The translations under genes were made by a program, and so were the position numbers. The notes under the pieces were generated by a model, which searched no databases, was not told the DNA's origin, and was given only the letters and a program-made list of their open reading frames with translations. A stretch of DNA of 64,000 bases from positions 13,578,001 to 13,642,000 of the forward strand of contig OZ024766.1 of NCBI GenBank assembly GCA_964016885.1. Direction: 5' to 3'. This DNA is from Eledone cirrhosa. Taxonomy: Eukaryota. This document shows, in pieces, positions 13,357 through 25,804 of the stretch. Position 1 is the stretch's first letter, and each line of letters opens with the position of its first letter.

Positions 13357-16322
13357 CAGAGGTCGGCATCCTTTTGGGGTGTGCGGGCCACATTGCTATG
13401 GAGTGCCACACAGGCAGGCCACATTTCTATGCAGTGTCTCACTGGCAGGCCACATTGTTACGAAGTGTCTTGTCAGTTGCTCACATTGCTATACAGTGTC
13501 TTGTCAGCAGGCCACATTGCTATGGAGTGTCTTGTCAGCAGGCCACATTGCTATGGAGTGTCTTGTCAGCAGGCCACATAGCTATGGAGTGTCTTGTCAG
13601 CAGGCCACATAGCTATGGAGTGTCTCACCAGCAGGCCACATTGCTATGGAGTGTCTTGTCAGCAGCCCACATAGCTATGGAGTGTCTTGTCAGCAGCCCA
13701 CATAGCTATGGAGTGTCTTGTCAGCAGGCCACATTGCTATACAGTATCTTGTCAGCAGGCCACATAGCTATGGAGTGTCTCACCAGCAGGCCACATTGCT
13801 ATGGAGTGTCTTGTCAGCAGGCCACATAGCTATGGAGTGTCTTGTCAGCAGGCCACATAGCTATGGAGTGTCTCACCAGCAGGCCACATAGCTATGTAGT
13901 GTCTTGTCAGCAGGCCACATAGCTATACAGTGTCTTGTCAGCGGGCCACATAGCTATGTAGTGTCTAACCAGCAGGCCACATAGCTATGTAGTGTCTTGT
14001 CAACAGGCCACATAGCTATGGAGTGTCTCACCAGCAGGCCACATAGCTATGTAGTGTGTCACCAGCAGGCCACATAGCTATGGAGTGTCTCACCAGCAGG
14101 CCACATAGCTATGGAGTGTCTTGTCAGCAGGCCACATTGCAATGCAGTGTTTCACCAGCAGGCCACATAGCTATGGAGTGTCTCACCAGCAGGCCACATA
14201 GCTATGGAGTGTCTCACCAGCAGGCCACATAGCTATGGAGTGTCTCACCAGCAGGCCACATAGCTATGTAGTGTCTCACCAGCAGGCCACATAGCTATGT
14301 AGTGTCTCACCAGCAGGCCACATAGCTATGTAGTGTCTTGTCAGCAGGCCACATAGCTATGGAGTGTCTCACCAGCAGGCCACATAGCTATGTAGTGTCT
14401 CACCAGCAGGCCACATAGCTATGGAGTGTCTCACCAGCAGGCCACATAGCTATGGAGTGTCTTGTCAGCAGGCCACATTGCAATGCAGTGTTTCACCAGC
14501 AGGCCACATAGCTATGGAGTGTCTCACCAGCAGGCCACATAGCTATGTAGTGTCTCACCAGCAGGCCACATAGCTATGTAGTGTCTCACCAGCAGGCCAC
14601 ATAGCTACTTAGTGTCTTGTCAGCAGGCCACATTGCAATGCAGTGTTTCACCAGCAGGCCACATAGCTATGCAGTGTCTCACCAGCAGGCCACATAGCCA
14701 TGGAGTGTCTCACCAGCAGGCCACATAGCTATGTAGTGTCTTGTCAGCAGGCCACATAGCTATACAGTGTCTTGTCAGCAGGCCACATAGCTATGGAGTG
14801 TCTCACCAGCAGGCCACATAGCTATGGAGTGTCTCACCAGCAGGCCACATAGCTATGGAGTGTCTCACCAGCAGATCACATAGCTATGGAGTGTCTCACC
14901 AGCAGGCCACATAGCTATGTAGTGTCTTGTCAGCAGGCCACATAGCTATACAGTGTCTTGTCAGCAGGCCACATAGCTATGGAGTGTCTCACCAGCAGGC
15001 CACATTGCTATGCAGTGTCTTGTCAGCAGGCCACATAGCTATGTAGTGTCTCACCAGCAGGCCACATAGCTATGTAGTGTCTTGTCAGCAGGCCACATAG
15101 CTATACAGTGTTTTGTCAGCAGGCCACATAGCTATGGAGTGTCTCACCAGCAGGCCACATAGCTATGGAGTGTCTCACCAGCAGGCCACATTGCTATGTA
15201 GTGTCTCACCAGCAGGCCACATTGCTATGCAGTGTCTTGTCAGCAGGCCACATAGCTATGCAGTGTCTCACCAGCAGGCCACATAGCTATCTAGTGTCTC
15301 ACCAGCAGGCCTCATAGCTATGTAGTGTCTCGTCAGCAGGCCACATAGCTATAGAGTGTCTCACCAGCAGGCCACATAGCTATGTAGTGTCTTGTCAGCA
15401 GGCCACATAGCTATGGAGTGTTTCACCAGCAGGCCACATAGCTATGTAGTGTCTCGTCAGCAGGCCACATAGCTATGCAGTGTCTTGTCAGCAGGCCACA
15501 TTGCTATGTAGTGTCTCGTCAGCAGGCCACATTGCTATGTAGTGTCTCGTCAGCAGGACACATAGCTATGTAGTGTCTCGTCAGCAGGCCACATTGCTAT
15601 GTAGTGTCTCGTCAGCAGGACACATAGCTATGGAGTGTCTCACCAGCAGGCCACATAGCTATGGAATGTCTCACCAGCAGGCCACATTGCTATGTAGTGT
15701 CTCGTTGGCAGGCCATGATATCAAATAAGTAATGAGAACATATGTAAAAAGAATGCAGTAATATAATAAAATACTCTGACAGTTTTAATAAACTCTGACA
15801 AAGCCATGACACCTGGCAGTGTATTTAAACCAGGGTTGCCATTTGTTCATTGAACATATTTACTTCTAATAATACTGAACACTTTTAACATAGAAAAATA
15901 AATAAACATTGATTATTATCAAATACAGTCCCTTACAGATGTTTTACTAGGAGACAGCTAACTAAAATGAACAATTTTGAGGATGAAATGAAATAACTAT
16001 GTCAGACATACTGACTTTTTTAGGTAAGTCTGGGTCATTTCACATCCCTGCCATACAGATACTATGTATGTACATATATACACGAATACACACACACAGT
16101 CCCTTTGACCTCGATGTCTGACTATTGTATCTCTCTGAGTTTGATTGTTTCTTACTGTCACATTAAAACATTACGTTCAGTTAAGTGAGTCTTGTGGTTA
16201 GACGTGTTCTCTAGTTGGTATTTTAATCCCAAATAATTCGGAACAATTTTTAAGGGGATCGCTTAGTCTAAGATTAAAACCTGTCGGCAGGCCAGATGTG
16301 GCCAGGGATTTGATGACCCCTA
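13357..16322 (+). mobile_element. Duplicate of the same hAT insertion with about 75 units of the 31-bp satellite
   Basis: same ends and same TSD ATCTATAC (13349-13356, 16323-16330). Confidence 0.85.
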
Positions 16323-16687
16323 ATCTATACTATAGTGATATCAACTATTTTATATCTATATCATCTGTACTATATCCCTACAACCTATATTATATCTATA
16401 GCTATACTATATCTATTCCTCTATATTATATCTATTGAAGGCGCAAGGATTAGTGGTAAGAGCGTCAGGCTTACAATCATAAAGTTGTGAGTTCGATGCC
16501 TGAATCTTGCTGTGTTTTGTGTTCTTGAACAACTCACTTTATTTCATGTTGCTCAAGATACTCTGCTATAGAAATGAGTTGTGATGTCAAACTTTCAATA
16601 AGAACACACACCTGTCTCTAAGTTACACCTGCTGTTGTTTTGTTTCAATATATTATGCTACAACAAAGTTATGCTACATCACTTACC

Positions 16688-17570
16688 TTATTAGAAATAT
16701 GGTAATGAAAGGGTTAATGACATAGACAGTGTCTTTCATTAGAAATATGGTAATGAAAGGGTTAATGACATAGACAGTGTCTTTCATTAGATATATGGTA
16801 ATGAAAGGGTTAATGACATAGGCAGTGTCTTTCTTTAGAAATATGGTAATGAAAGGGTTAATGACATAGACAGTGTCTTTCATTAAAAATATGGTAATGA
16901 AAGGGTTAATGACATATACAGTGTCCTTCATTAGAAATATGGTAATGAAAGGCTTAATGACATAGACAGTGTCTTTCATTAGAAATATGGTAATGAAAGG
17001 GTTAATGACATAGAGTGTCTTTCATTAGAAATATGGTAATGAAAGTGTTAATGACATAGACAGTGTCTTTCATTAGAAATATGGTAATGAAATGGTTAAT
17101 GACATATACAGTATCTTTCATTAGAAATATGGTAATGAAAGGGTTAATGACATATACAGTGTCCTTCATTAGAAATATGGTAATGAAAGGGTTAATGACA
17201 TAGACAGTGTCTTTCATTAGAAATATGGTAATGAAAGGGTTAATGACATAGAGTGTCTTTCATTAGAAATATGGTAATGAAAGGGTTAATGACATATACA
17301 GTGTCCTTCATTAGAAATATGGTAATGAAAGGGTTAATGACATATACAGTGTCCTTCATTAGAAATATGGTAATGAAAGGGTTAATGACATAGACAGTGT
17401 CTTTAAGTAGAGATATGTAATGAAAGTTTTAATGACATGTCTTTAAGTAGAAATATGGTAATGAAAGAGTTAATGACATAGACAGTGTCTTTCATTAGAA
17501 ATATGGTAATGAAAGGGTTAATGACATATACAGTGTCTTTCATTAGAAATATGGTAATAGGAAGTTTAAT
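16688..17570. repeat. 48-bp minisatellite
   Basis: same unit as 1-3020. Confidence 0.9.
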
Positions 17571-17585
17571 TACTATACTACTTAC

Positions 17586-17797
17586 CTCTCTGACAGTTGC
17601 TACCTTCATAACCAGCAGCACATCCTCCACTAGAACATACACCTGTCTCTATGTTACACCTGATGTTGTTTTGTTTCAATATATTAAGCTACAGACTAAG
17701 CTATACTACACAACACACTTCATTGGAACACACACCTGTCGCTGTGTTACATCTCGCTGTTTGTTACACCTCTCTGTATGTTACACCTGCTGTTGTC
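17586..17797 (-). pseudogene. Fragments of EGF exons (3' half with GTAAGT donor, plus a piece carrying the 17-nt insertion)
   Basis: RCNIETGVCSSGGCAAGYEGSNCQR without the 5' half; shorter remnants also near 12835, 16602, 19832. Confidence 0.6.
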
Positions 17798-17845
17798 TTG
17801 ACCCACTATATTAAGTTATAAACAAAGCTATACTACACCACTTAC

Positions 17846-17982
17846 CTGTCTGACAGTTGCTACCTTCATAACCAGCAGTACATCCTCCACTAGAACACAT
17901 ACCTGTCTGTTTGTTACATTTACTGTTGTCAACACAGTGGCATGTGTTGCCACATTGGCTCCAAATATACCATTTCTACAGA
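17846..17982 (-). pseudogene. EGF pseudo-exon
   Basis: 137 nt, single C lost in AAC TGT (not a homopolymer); AG/GTAAGT intact. Confidence 0.7.
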
Positions 17983-18049
17983 CTGTGGAAATAAAAATAT
18001 GAGAACAATGACAACAACAACAACATATAACACTATACACGATAATCAT

Positions 18050-18702
18050 CATCCTCATCATTGCCATTTAATGTCCATTTTCTATGCTAGCATGGGTTAG
18101 ATATACTGTCCCATTGTGAGAAAAGTTGGGTCAGATGGCCATGTCTTGCTTATGCAGAACTGATTTGGGAATGGTTTTGATGGCTGGATGCCCTTCCAAA
18201 TGCCAACCACTTTACAGTGTCGACTGGGCACTTTTTGTTGTGTCACCAACTTGGCCACTTTACAATGAGAGCTGAGCACTTTTTGTTGTGGCACTATCAC
18301 AACCATTTTACAGTGTGTGCTGGGCACTTTTTATTGTGGCACTATCACAAGCACTTTATAGTGTGGGCTGGGCACTTTTTGTTGTGGCACTGTCACAAGC
18401 ACTTTATAGTGTGGGCTGGGCACATTTTGTTGTGGCACTGTCACAACCACTTTACAATGAGGGCTGGGCACATTTTGTGTCACCAACATGACCACTTTAT
18501 AGTGTGGGCTGGGCATTTTCGTTGTGGCACTATCACAACCACTTTACAGCGTGGACTGGGGACTTGAGTAGGGCAGTTGCATGGAGATTGAGGAGGTAGA
18601 TTTAGGGGCATGGGTGAGGGGTGGGGATTTAGTAGCTCACTGACCTTTCTTCAACCCATTCTCACACTGGCTACTGTGCTTTCAGAACACCTTCCTCCAC
18701 TG
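18050..18702 (-). mobile_element. RTE 3' end fragment with internally repeated 3' UTR
   Basis: (CAT)n tail, similar to 25805-26100 and to the GGGCSESTVARVR-coding segment. Confidence 0.6.
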
Positions 18703-18765
18703 CAAGTAACAGAAACTATGTACCACTTCTTCATAACCAGCACCACACCCTCTACTGTAACACAC

Positions 18766-18920
18766 CTGTCTTACAGTTGCTATCTTCATAACCATCACCA
18801 CACACTTCACTGGAACACACACCTGTCTCTGTGTTACATCTAGCTGTTTGTTACACCTGCTGTTGTTAGTACAGTGACATGTGTGTTTACAGTTAGGTCC
18901 AAATTTACCTGTTTTACACC
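18766..18920 (-). pseudogene. EGF pseudo-exon with 17-nt internal duplication
   Basis: 155 nt = 138+17, frameshifted, weak GTGTGT donor, followed by a partial exon repeat. Confidence 0.7.
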
Positions 18921-19083
18921 CTGAAAATAAAAATATGGAATGTTCTGCATGAGTATGCGGTCGAAGGACAGCTCCTTGCTCCGATAAATCATGTCACTTC
19001 TAACACATGTAGCATACATGTTTCCCTTCCATGTAATAACCCAATATATTAAGTTAGAAACAAAACTATACTACACCACTTAC

Positions 19084-19220
19084 CTGTCTGACAGTTGCTA
19101 CCTTCATAACCAACAGCACATCCTCCACTAGAACACACACCTGTCTCTTTGTTACACCTGCTGTTATCAGCACAGTGTCATGTGTATTTACAGTTGGGTC
19201 CAAATTTACCTGTTTACAGA
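19084..19220 (-). pseudogene. EGF pseudo-exon
   Basis: 137 nt (one A lost from an A-run) plus TGT>TGA in the EGF frame; splice sites intact. Confidence 0.75.
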
Positions 19221-19316
19221 CTGTGGGTATTAAATATGAGAACAATGACAATTACAGCAACATATAACACTATACAAGATAATAAATATCATAATTATAT
19301 CATCTATATATATGGT

Positions 19317-19692
19317 GGCACATAGCTTAATGGTTAGAGCATTGGCCTTGCAATCGAAAGGTTGTGAGTTCAATTCTCAGACCGGGTGATGTGTTGTTTC
19401 CTTGAGCAAGACACTTTATTTCACATTGCTCCAGTTTACTCAGCTGTAGAAATGAGATGATAGGGACTGGGGTCCCTATCATTCCACTGCAAACTGGTCG
19501 TGGAGGTGCCAAGAATGCACCCAGTACTCACTGAAAATAAGGTTGGTGTTAGGAAGGACATCCAGCTGTAGAAATCAAGCCAGAATCAGTTTCCGTCCCA
19601 CCCTCGCAACCAGGGAAAAGTGGACGTAAAATGATGATGAGTCTAACCCATGCTGGTGTGGAAGATGGACGTTAAACGAAGATGATGATGAT
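19317..19692 (+). mobile_element. tRNA-derived SINE (family A) with RTE-like tail
   Basis: A box TAGCTTAATGG, B box GAGTTCAATTC, CCTTGAGCAAGACACTT core (V-domain-like), (GAT)n tail. Confidence 0.85.
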
Positions 19693-19927
19693 ATTATAGT
19701 GTTGTCATCTATGATATAGTGATATCATCTATACTATATCTCTACAACCTATATGATATCTATATCATCTGTATTATATCTATATCATCTGTATTATATC
19801 TATATCATCTGTATTATATCTATATCATCATAACCAGCATCACACCTGTCTCTGTCTGTTTTTTTACACCTGCTGTTGTTTTGTTTCATATATCAAGTTA
19901 GAAACAAATCTGTACTACAGTACTTAC

Positions 19928-20065
19928 CTGTTTGACAGTTGCTACCTTCATAACCAGCAGCACATCCTCCACCTGAACACACACCTGTCTCTTTGTTACA
20001 CCTGCTGTTATCTGCGCAGTGACATGTGTATTTACAGTTGGCTCCAAATTTACCTGTTTTACAGA
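19928..20065 (-). CDS. EGF-like repeat exon CKTGKFGANCKYTCHCADNSRCNKETGVCSGGGCAAGYEGSNCQT
   Basis: tttcag/GTAAGT, 138 nt, open. Confidence 0.9.
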
Positions 20066-20429
20066 CTGAAAATAAAAATATGGAAGTCTAAATATATTTA
20101 ATAATTCACATTAATTTCTGATATTTTCATATTTTACATGGTAGACATTATTTGAATTTTGAAAATGTGAGACCAGAGAAATTGCTTCATGTGACACTGT
20201 AAGAAAACATTAAAGAAAACATTAAAAAAATGAAATGTATATCTTCTTCTTTATCATTAAGAATGTCAGCAGCAGCACCACACACACACACATATATATA
20301 TATACAGAGAGAGAGAGAGAGAAGAGAGAGAAGAGAGAGAGAGTAGTTAATAATAAATACAAAGACCAAAATATAGAGAGGGCTCAATAAGATAAGAGTT
20401 TTATGTATATATATATACATATATATGTA

Positions 20430-20759
20430 TCATCATCATCATCATTTTACGTCCACTTTTCCCTGGTTGCGAGGGTGGGACGGAAACTGATTCTGGTTTG
20501 ATTTCTACAGCTGGATGCCCTTCCTAACACCAACCTCATTTACAGTGAGTGCTGGGTGCTTCTTTGCCGTGGCACCTCCACGACCACTTTGCAGTGGAAT
20601 GATAGGGACCGCAATCCCTATCATCTCATTTCTACAGCTGAGTAAACTGGAGCAATGTTAAATAAAGTGTCTTGCTCAAGGAAACAACACATCACCCGGT
20701 TTGAGAATTGAACTCACAGCCTTTCGATTGCAAGGCCAATGCTCTAACCACTAAGCCAT
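20430..20759 (-). mobile_element. SINE family A
   Basis: reverse-complement match to 19317-19640. Confidence 0.85.
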
Positions 20760-20837
20760 AGAGAGAGAGAGAAGTGAGAGAGTAGTTAATAATAAATACA
20801 AACACCAAAATCTGGAGAGGGCTCAATAAGATAAGAG

Positions 20838-20877
<40 letters not shown>

Positions 20878-20879
<2 letters not shown>

Positions 20880-22991
20880 TCATCATCATCATCATCATCA
20901 TCGTTTAACGTCCATGTTCCACGCTTGCATGGGTTTGGACGGGAGTTTTCCCACTTGAAGCAAGAGTGGTTGTCTTGCTCGCATAGGACTGTCTGGCGGG
21001 TTTTCTACAGCTGGATGCCCTTCCTAACACCAACCGCATTTACAGTGCGGGGCTGGGAGGTTTTTACCGTGTTGCCTACACGGCCACATTACAGCGTGGA
21101 CTGTGTGTTTTTTTGTCGTGACACCTACACGATCTCATTTGTTTCGGCCTGGATGTTGTGGCACCAACATAACTTTACATGGAAAGGGGCGGTGTTGATG
21201 GGGTGGGGGTGGTGGGACGGGGGTGCATCTTGTTAGATATGCCTACTGACTGTAGTAGGTTTCACTTTGTACATAAGCAAGGCAGGTCTTCTCTATTACT
21301 GAGTACCGCCAAAGGTCTCGGTCCAGTGACACTGTCTTGGAGAGGTGTAAGCGTGTAAGGTCGGAATTTATCAGCTCGTCCCAGGTTTTTCTGGGTCTGC
21401 CTACTCCGTGGCTACCGTCTATCTTTATTGCCCTGCACTTTGTTATACAGCTGTCGTCTTTCATGCGCATCACGTGACCATACCAACGTAGCCTTCTCTC
21501 GAGTAAACAACATCTGATCCCTCTTATTTCTAATTTTTTCCTTAGTTCGTTTATGCTTTGCCGTTCACGTATATTACTATTACACATCCAGCGGAGCATG
21601 CAAGCTTCATTCCTCTCTAGTCTGCGTATATCCTCTGCACATAATGCCCAGGTCTCACTGCCATGCAACATTGCTGTTCGTATGCAAGCATCATACAGCC
21701 TGCCTTTCATTTTTAGGGAGAACTCTTTAGCGGCTAATATTGGTATAAGCTCTCTGAACTTTTTCCATCCAGTTCTGACTCTAGCTACTGTACTTTCAGA
21801 GCACCCTCCCCCACTGCTGATTTTGTCACCCAGGTAACGGAAGCTGTCCACTATTTCTATAGAACAATCTGCGCAATTGAAAGAACTAGTATTTTGTGGG
21901 CAATTGCTGCTACTTATTGCACCAGAGCACTGGTCACATGTAAAATCTATGTTCTTAGTTAGCTTACCTGTGATCCCACTACATCTTTTATGCACCCATA
22001 CTTTGCATTTGGGACATAAAATGGAGGTTCTACCTACGCCTTTCCTACACACTGAGCATGGCCACTTCCCGGAAGGGACCGCCGCCTTATTTTCTTTCTT
22101 ACAAACTAGAACTTTAGTCTTAGACAGGTTAATTTTAAGGCCTTTTGATTCTAGGCCATGCTTCCATGTTTGAAATTTCTTCTCTAGTTCAGCCATTGAT
22201 TCAGCTATGAGCGTTAGATCATCTGCGTATAGGAGTTCCCATGGGTAGCCGGTCTTGAACTCCTCTGTTATAGCCTGAAGGGCAATAATAAATAGTAGGG
22301 GGCTAAGAACGGAGCCCTGATGAACACCAACTTTTATGCTAAACTCTTCACTATATTCATTGTTAATTCTAACCTTGCTAACTGTTTCTTTATACATGGC
22401 TTGTATAGCTCTCACAAGCCATTCATCAACACCGAGTTTTCTAAGAGCCCACCAGATAATGGAACGGGGAACTCTGTCGAAGGCTTTCTCCAAGTCGACA
22501 AAAGCTAAGTACAGGGGTTTACTTTTAGCTAGGTACTTCTCCTGTAGTTGTCGTACAATGAAAAGAGCGTCTGTGGTACTTTTACCTGACACAAACCCGA
22601 ACTGCATTTCATCTAGATCAATTCTCTCTCTGATTAGTTGCGCTCTTACTTTTTCTGTGACCTTCATGACCTTGTCGATTAATTTAATGCCTCTATAGTT
22701 ACTCCTATCTAGGGCATCTCCTTTACCCTTGTAGCAGTTAATGATGATGCTGCTACGCCAGTCCTTCGGAACAACCTCATTCTGTATGATTTGGTTTACT
22801 ATCCGGGTGACCATGGTGTGTCCCACCGTTCCAGAAGCTTTCAGCGTTTCAGCAACTATTTCTGAAGGCCCAGCCGCCTTACCCGTCTTCATGTTTTTGA
22901 TTGCCTTACTTATTATACTACCCTCGACTAACACTGCTGGTCCCTCTATTGGTTCGATGTGGGGGAGACTGTCTTTCTCCCATTTATTCTT
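20878..22991 (-). mobile_element. 5'-truncated RTE-clade LINE with open 563-aa RT region (21243-22934)
   Basis: FVDLEKAFD, GVHQGSVLSP, LLYADD, RRLRWYGHVMRM, GRPRKTW, (CAT)n tail. Confidence 0.92.
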
Positions 22992-23153
22992 CTATAAAGG
23001 CCAGCAATTATTCCAGTGAATTACTGGTACTTTATTCTATCGACCCCGTAAGCATGAAAGGCAAAGTTAACCTCGACAGGATTTGAACTCAGATCATAAA
23101 GGGAGGTAACTATGCTGGAAAGCATGGCGTCCAATCCTCTACCGATAATATAT

Positions 23154-23493
23154 CATCATCATCATTTCATTTTACGTCCACTTTTCCCTGCTTGCAAGGG
23201 TGAGACGGGAACTGATTCTGGCTGGATCTCTACAGCTGGATGCTCTTCCTAACACCAACCTCATTCTCAGTGAGTGCTGGGTGCTTTTTTTTCCGTGACA
23301 CCTGCACGACCACTTTGCAGTGGAATGATAGTGACCCCAGTCCCTATCATCTCATTTCTACAGCTGAGTAAACTGGAGCAATGTGAAATAAAGTGTCCCG
23401 CTCAAGGAAACAACACATCACCTGGTCTGAGAATTGAACTCACAACCTTTCGATTGCAAGGCCAATGCTCTAACCACTAAGCCATGTGCCTCC
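23154..23493 (-). mobile_element. SINE family A
   Basis: same sequence family. Confidence 0.85.
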
Positions 23494-23567
23494 ATGTATA
23501 TATATATAATATATAGTATATAAGGGAGAGGATCAGGAGTGTGTAACACACCACTTATCCACTCTTA

Positions 23568-23613
23568 TGCTCTGATGAGTCCCACTTATAGTGTGGACGA
23601 AACACTGTCAGCA
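23568..23613 (+). ncRNA. Type I hammerhead ribozyme motif (family 1)
   Basis: TGCT-CTGATGA-GTCC(CAC TTATA GTG T)GGAC-GAAA-C ACT G-TC-AGCA; GUC cleavage triplet. Confidence 0.85.
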
Positions 23614-23689
23614 AGTAAAGATATACCTATGCTCTAAGCATTCTTTGTTGTTAATTATATATAATATATAATAATTTCTATACTTTTTC

Positions 23690-23698
23690 ATTTATATA

Positions 23699-23729
<31 letters not shown>

Positions 23730-23822
23730 GTATATATATATATATGAGTATATGCATACACAGACACACACACATGTATATGTGTGTGTGTGTATGTATA
23801 TATATATGTGTGTGTGTGTATG

Positions 23823-23853
<31 letters not shown>

Positions 23854-24148
23854 ATGTATATATATATATGTGTGTGTGTATGTATATATATGTGTGTGCG
23901 TGTATGTATATATATGTGTGTGTGTATGTATATATATATGTGTGTGTGTGTGTATGTATATATATGTGTGTGTGTGTATGTATATATATATGTGTGTGTG
24001 TATGTATATATATATATGTGTGTGTATCTATATATATATATATATGCGTGTGTGTATCTATATATATATGCGTGTGTGTGTGTATGTATATATATATGTG
24101 TGTGTGTGTGTGTATGTATATATATATATATATATGTGTGTGCGTATG

Positions 24149-24221
<73 letters not shown>

Positions 24222-24326
24222 ATGTATATATATATACATAGATTGATATCTATCTTTACTGGTGACCCATCACAGACAATGACTAAACTATACAGAGGTT
24301 TTTCAACATACGTCAATGTAACAGAT

Positions 24327-24359
<33 letters not shown>

Positions 24360-24396
24360 CATGTACACACACGTCAGGTATTTACATAGGTGCAAT

Positions 24397-24430
<34 letters not shown>

Positions 24431-24665
24431 CATGTACACACATGGCAGGTATTTTCATAGGTGCAATCACACACACATATATATATATATACATGTACAC
24501 ACACGTCAGGTATTTACATAGGTGCAATCACACACACACACATATATATATATATATACATGTACACACACGTCAGGTATTTACATAGGTGCAATCACAC
24601 ACACACACACATATATATATACATGTACACACACGTCAGGTATTTACATAGGTGCAATCACACAC
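23690..24665. repeat. (TA)n/(TG)n compound microsatellite followed by roughly 60-bp repeats
   Basis: direct reading. Confidence 0.9.
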
Positions 24666-24684
24666 ATACCAATGAAACAAAGTG

Positions 24685-25598
24685 CCTAGGGCACTGATTT
24701 CAAGTGGCACTGATTTCAAGTGGCACTGCCTAGGGCATTGATTTCAAGTGGCACTGCCTAGGGCATTGATTTCAAGGGGCACTGCCTAGGGCACTGATTT
24801 CAAGTGGCACTGCCTAGGGCACTGATTTCAAGGGGCACTGCCTAGGGCACTGATTTCAAGGGGCACTGATTTCAAGTGGCACTGATTTCAAGGGGCACTG
24901 CCTAGGGCACTGATTTCAAGTGGCACTGCCTAGGGCATTGATTTCAAGTGGCACTACCTAGGGCATTGATTTCAAGTGGCACTGCCTAGGGCACTGATTT
25001 CAAGTGGCACTGCCTAGGGCACTGATTTCAAGTGGCACTGCCTAGGGCATTGATTTCAAGTGGCACTACCTAGGGCATTGATTTCAAGTGGCACTACCTA
25101 GGGAATTGATTTCAAGTGGAGCTGCCTAGGGCATTGATTTCAAGTGGCACTGCCTAGGGCATTGATTTCAAGTGGCACTGCCTAGGGCGCTGATTTCAAG
25201 TGGAGCTGCCTAGGGCATTGATTTCAAGTGGCACTGCCTAGGGCGCTGAATTTAAGTGGCACTGCCTAGGGCACTGATTTCAAGTGGAGCTGCCTAGGGC
25301 ATTGATTTCAAGTGGCACTGCCTAGGGCATTGATTTCAAGTGGCACTGCCTAGGGCGCTGATTTCAAGTGGCACTGCCTAGGGCACAGATTTCAAGGGGC
25401 ACTGCCTAGGGCATTGATTTCAAGTGGCACTGCCTAGGGCGCTGATTTCAAGTGGCACTGCCTAGGGCGCTGATTTCAAGTGGCACTGCCTAGGGCGCTG
25501 ATTTGTAGTGGCCCTGCCTAGGGCACTGATTTCAAGTGGCACTGCCTAGGGCATTGATTTCAAGTGGAGCTGCCTAGGGCATTGATTTCAAGTGGGGC
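24685..25598. repeat. 28-bp minisatellite
   Basis: unit cactgatttcaagtggcactgcctaggg, about 32 units. Confidence 0.95.
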
Positions 25599-25804
25599 AT
25601 TTCTCCAATTAAACAATTTAAAACAAATAAATAAATAGATATATTTCAGTTTTATTTCATACAGGGACAAATACATGGTGAAAATATAAAACAAATATTT
25701 TTTTGTTTATAAATTTTGAAATTGATATTTTCCTTTGAGGGTGCCAGATTGTCAGCTTGCCTAGGGTGCCAGCTAGTCTGTCACCGACCCTGTGTATGCA
25801 GATA

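Noticed and set aside
3187-13829. ORFs in the 31-bp array, and a CRISPR-like appearance
   Set aside because: Head-to-tail satellite with no unique spacers, frequent stops, eukaryotic context
17846-19220. Three frameshifts summing to a restored frame if all pseudo-exons are included
   Set aside because: A TAG is met in the second pseudo-exon in the shifted frame
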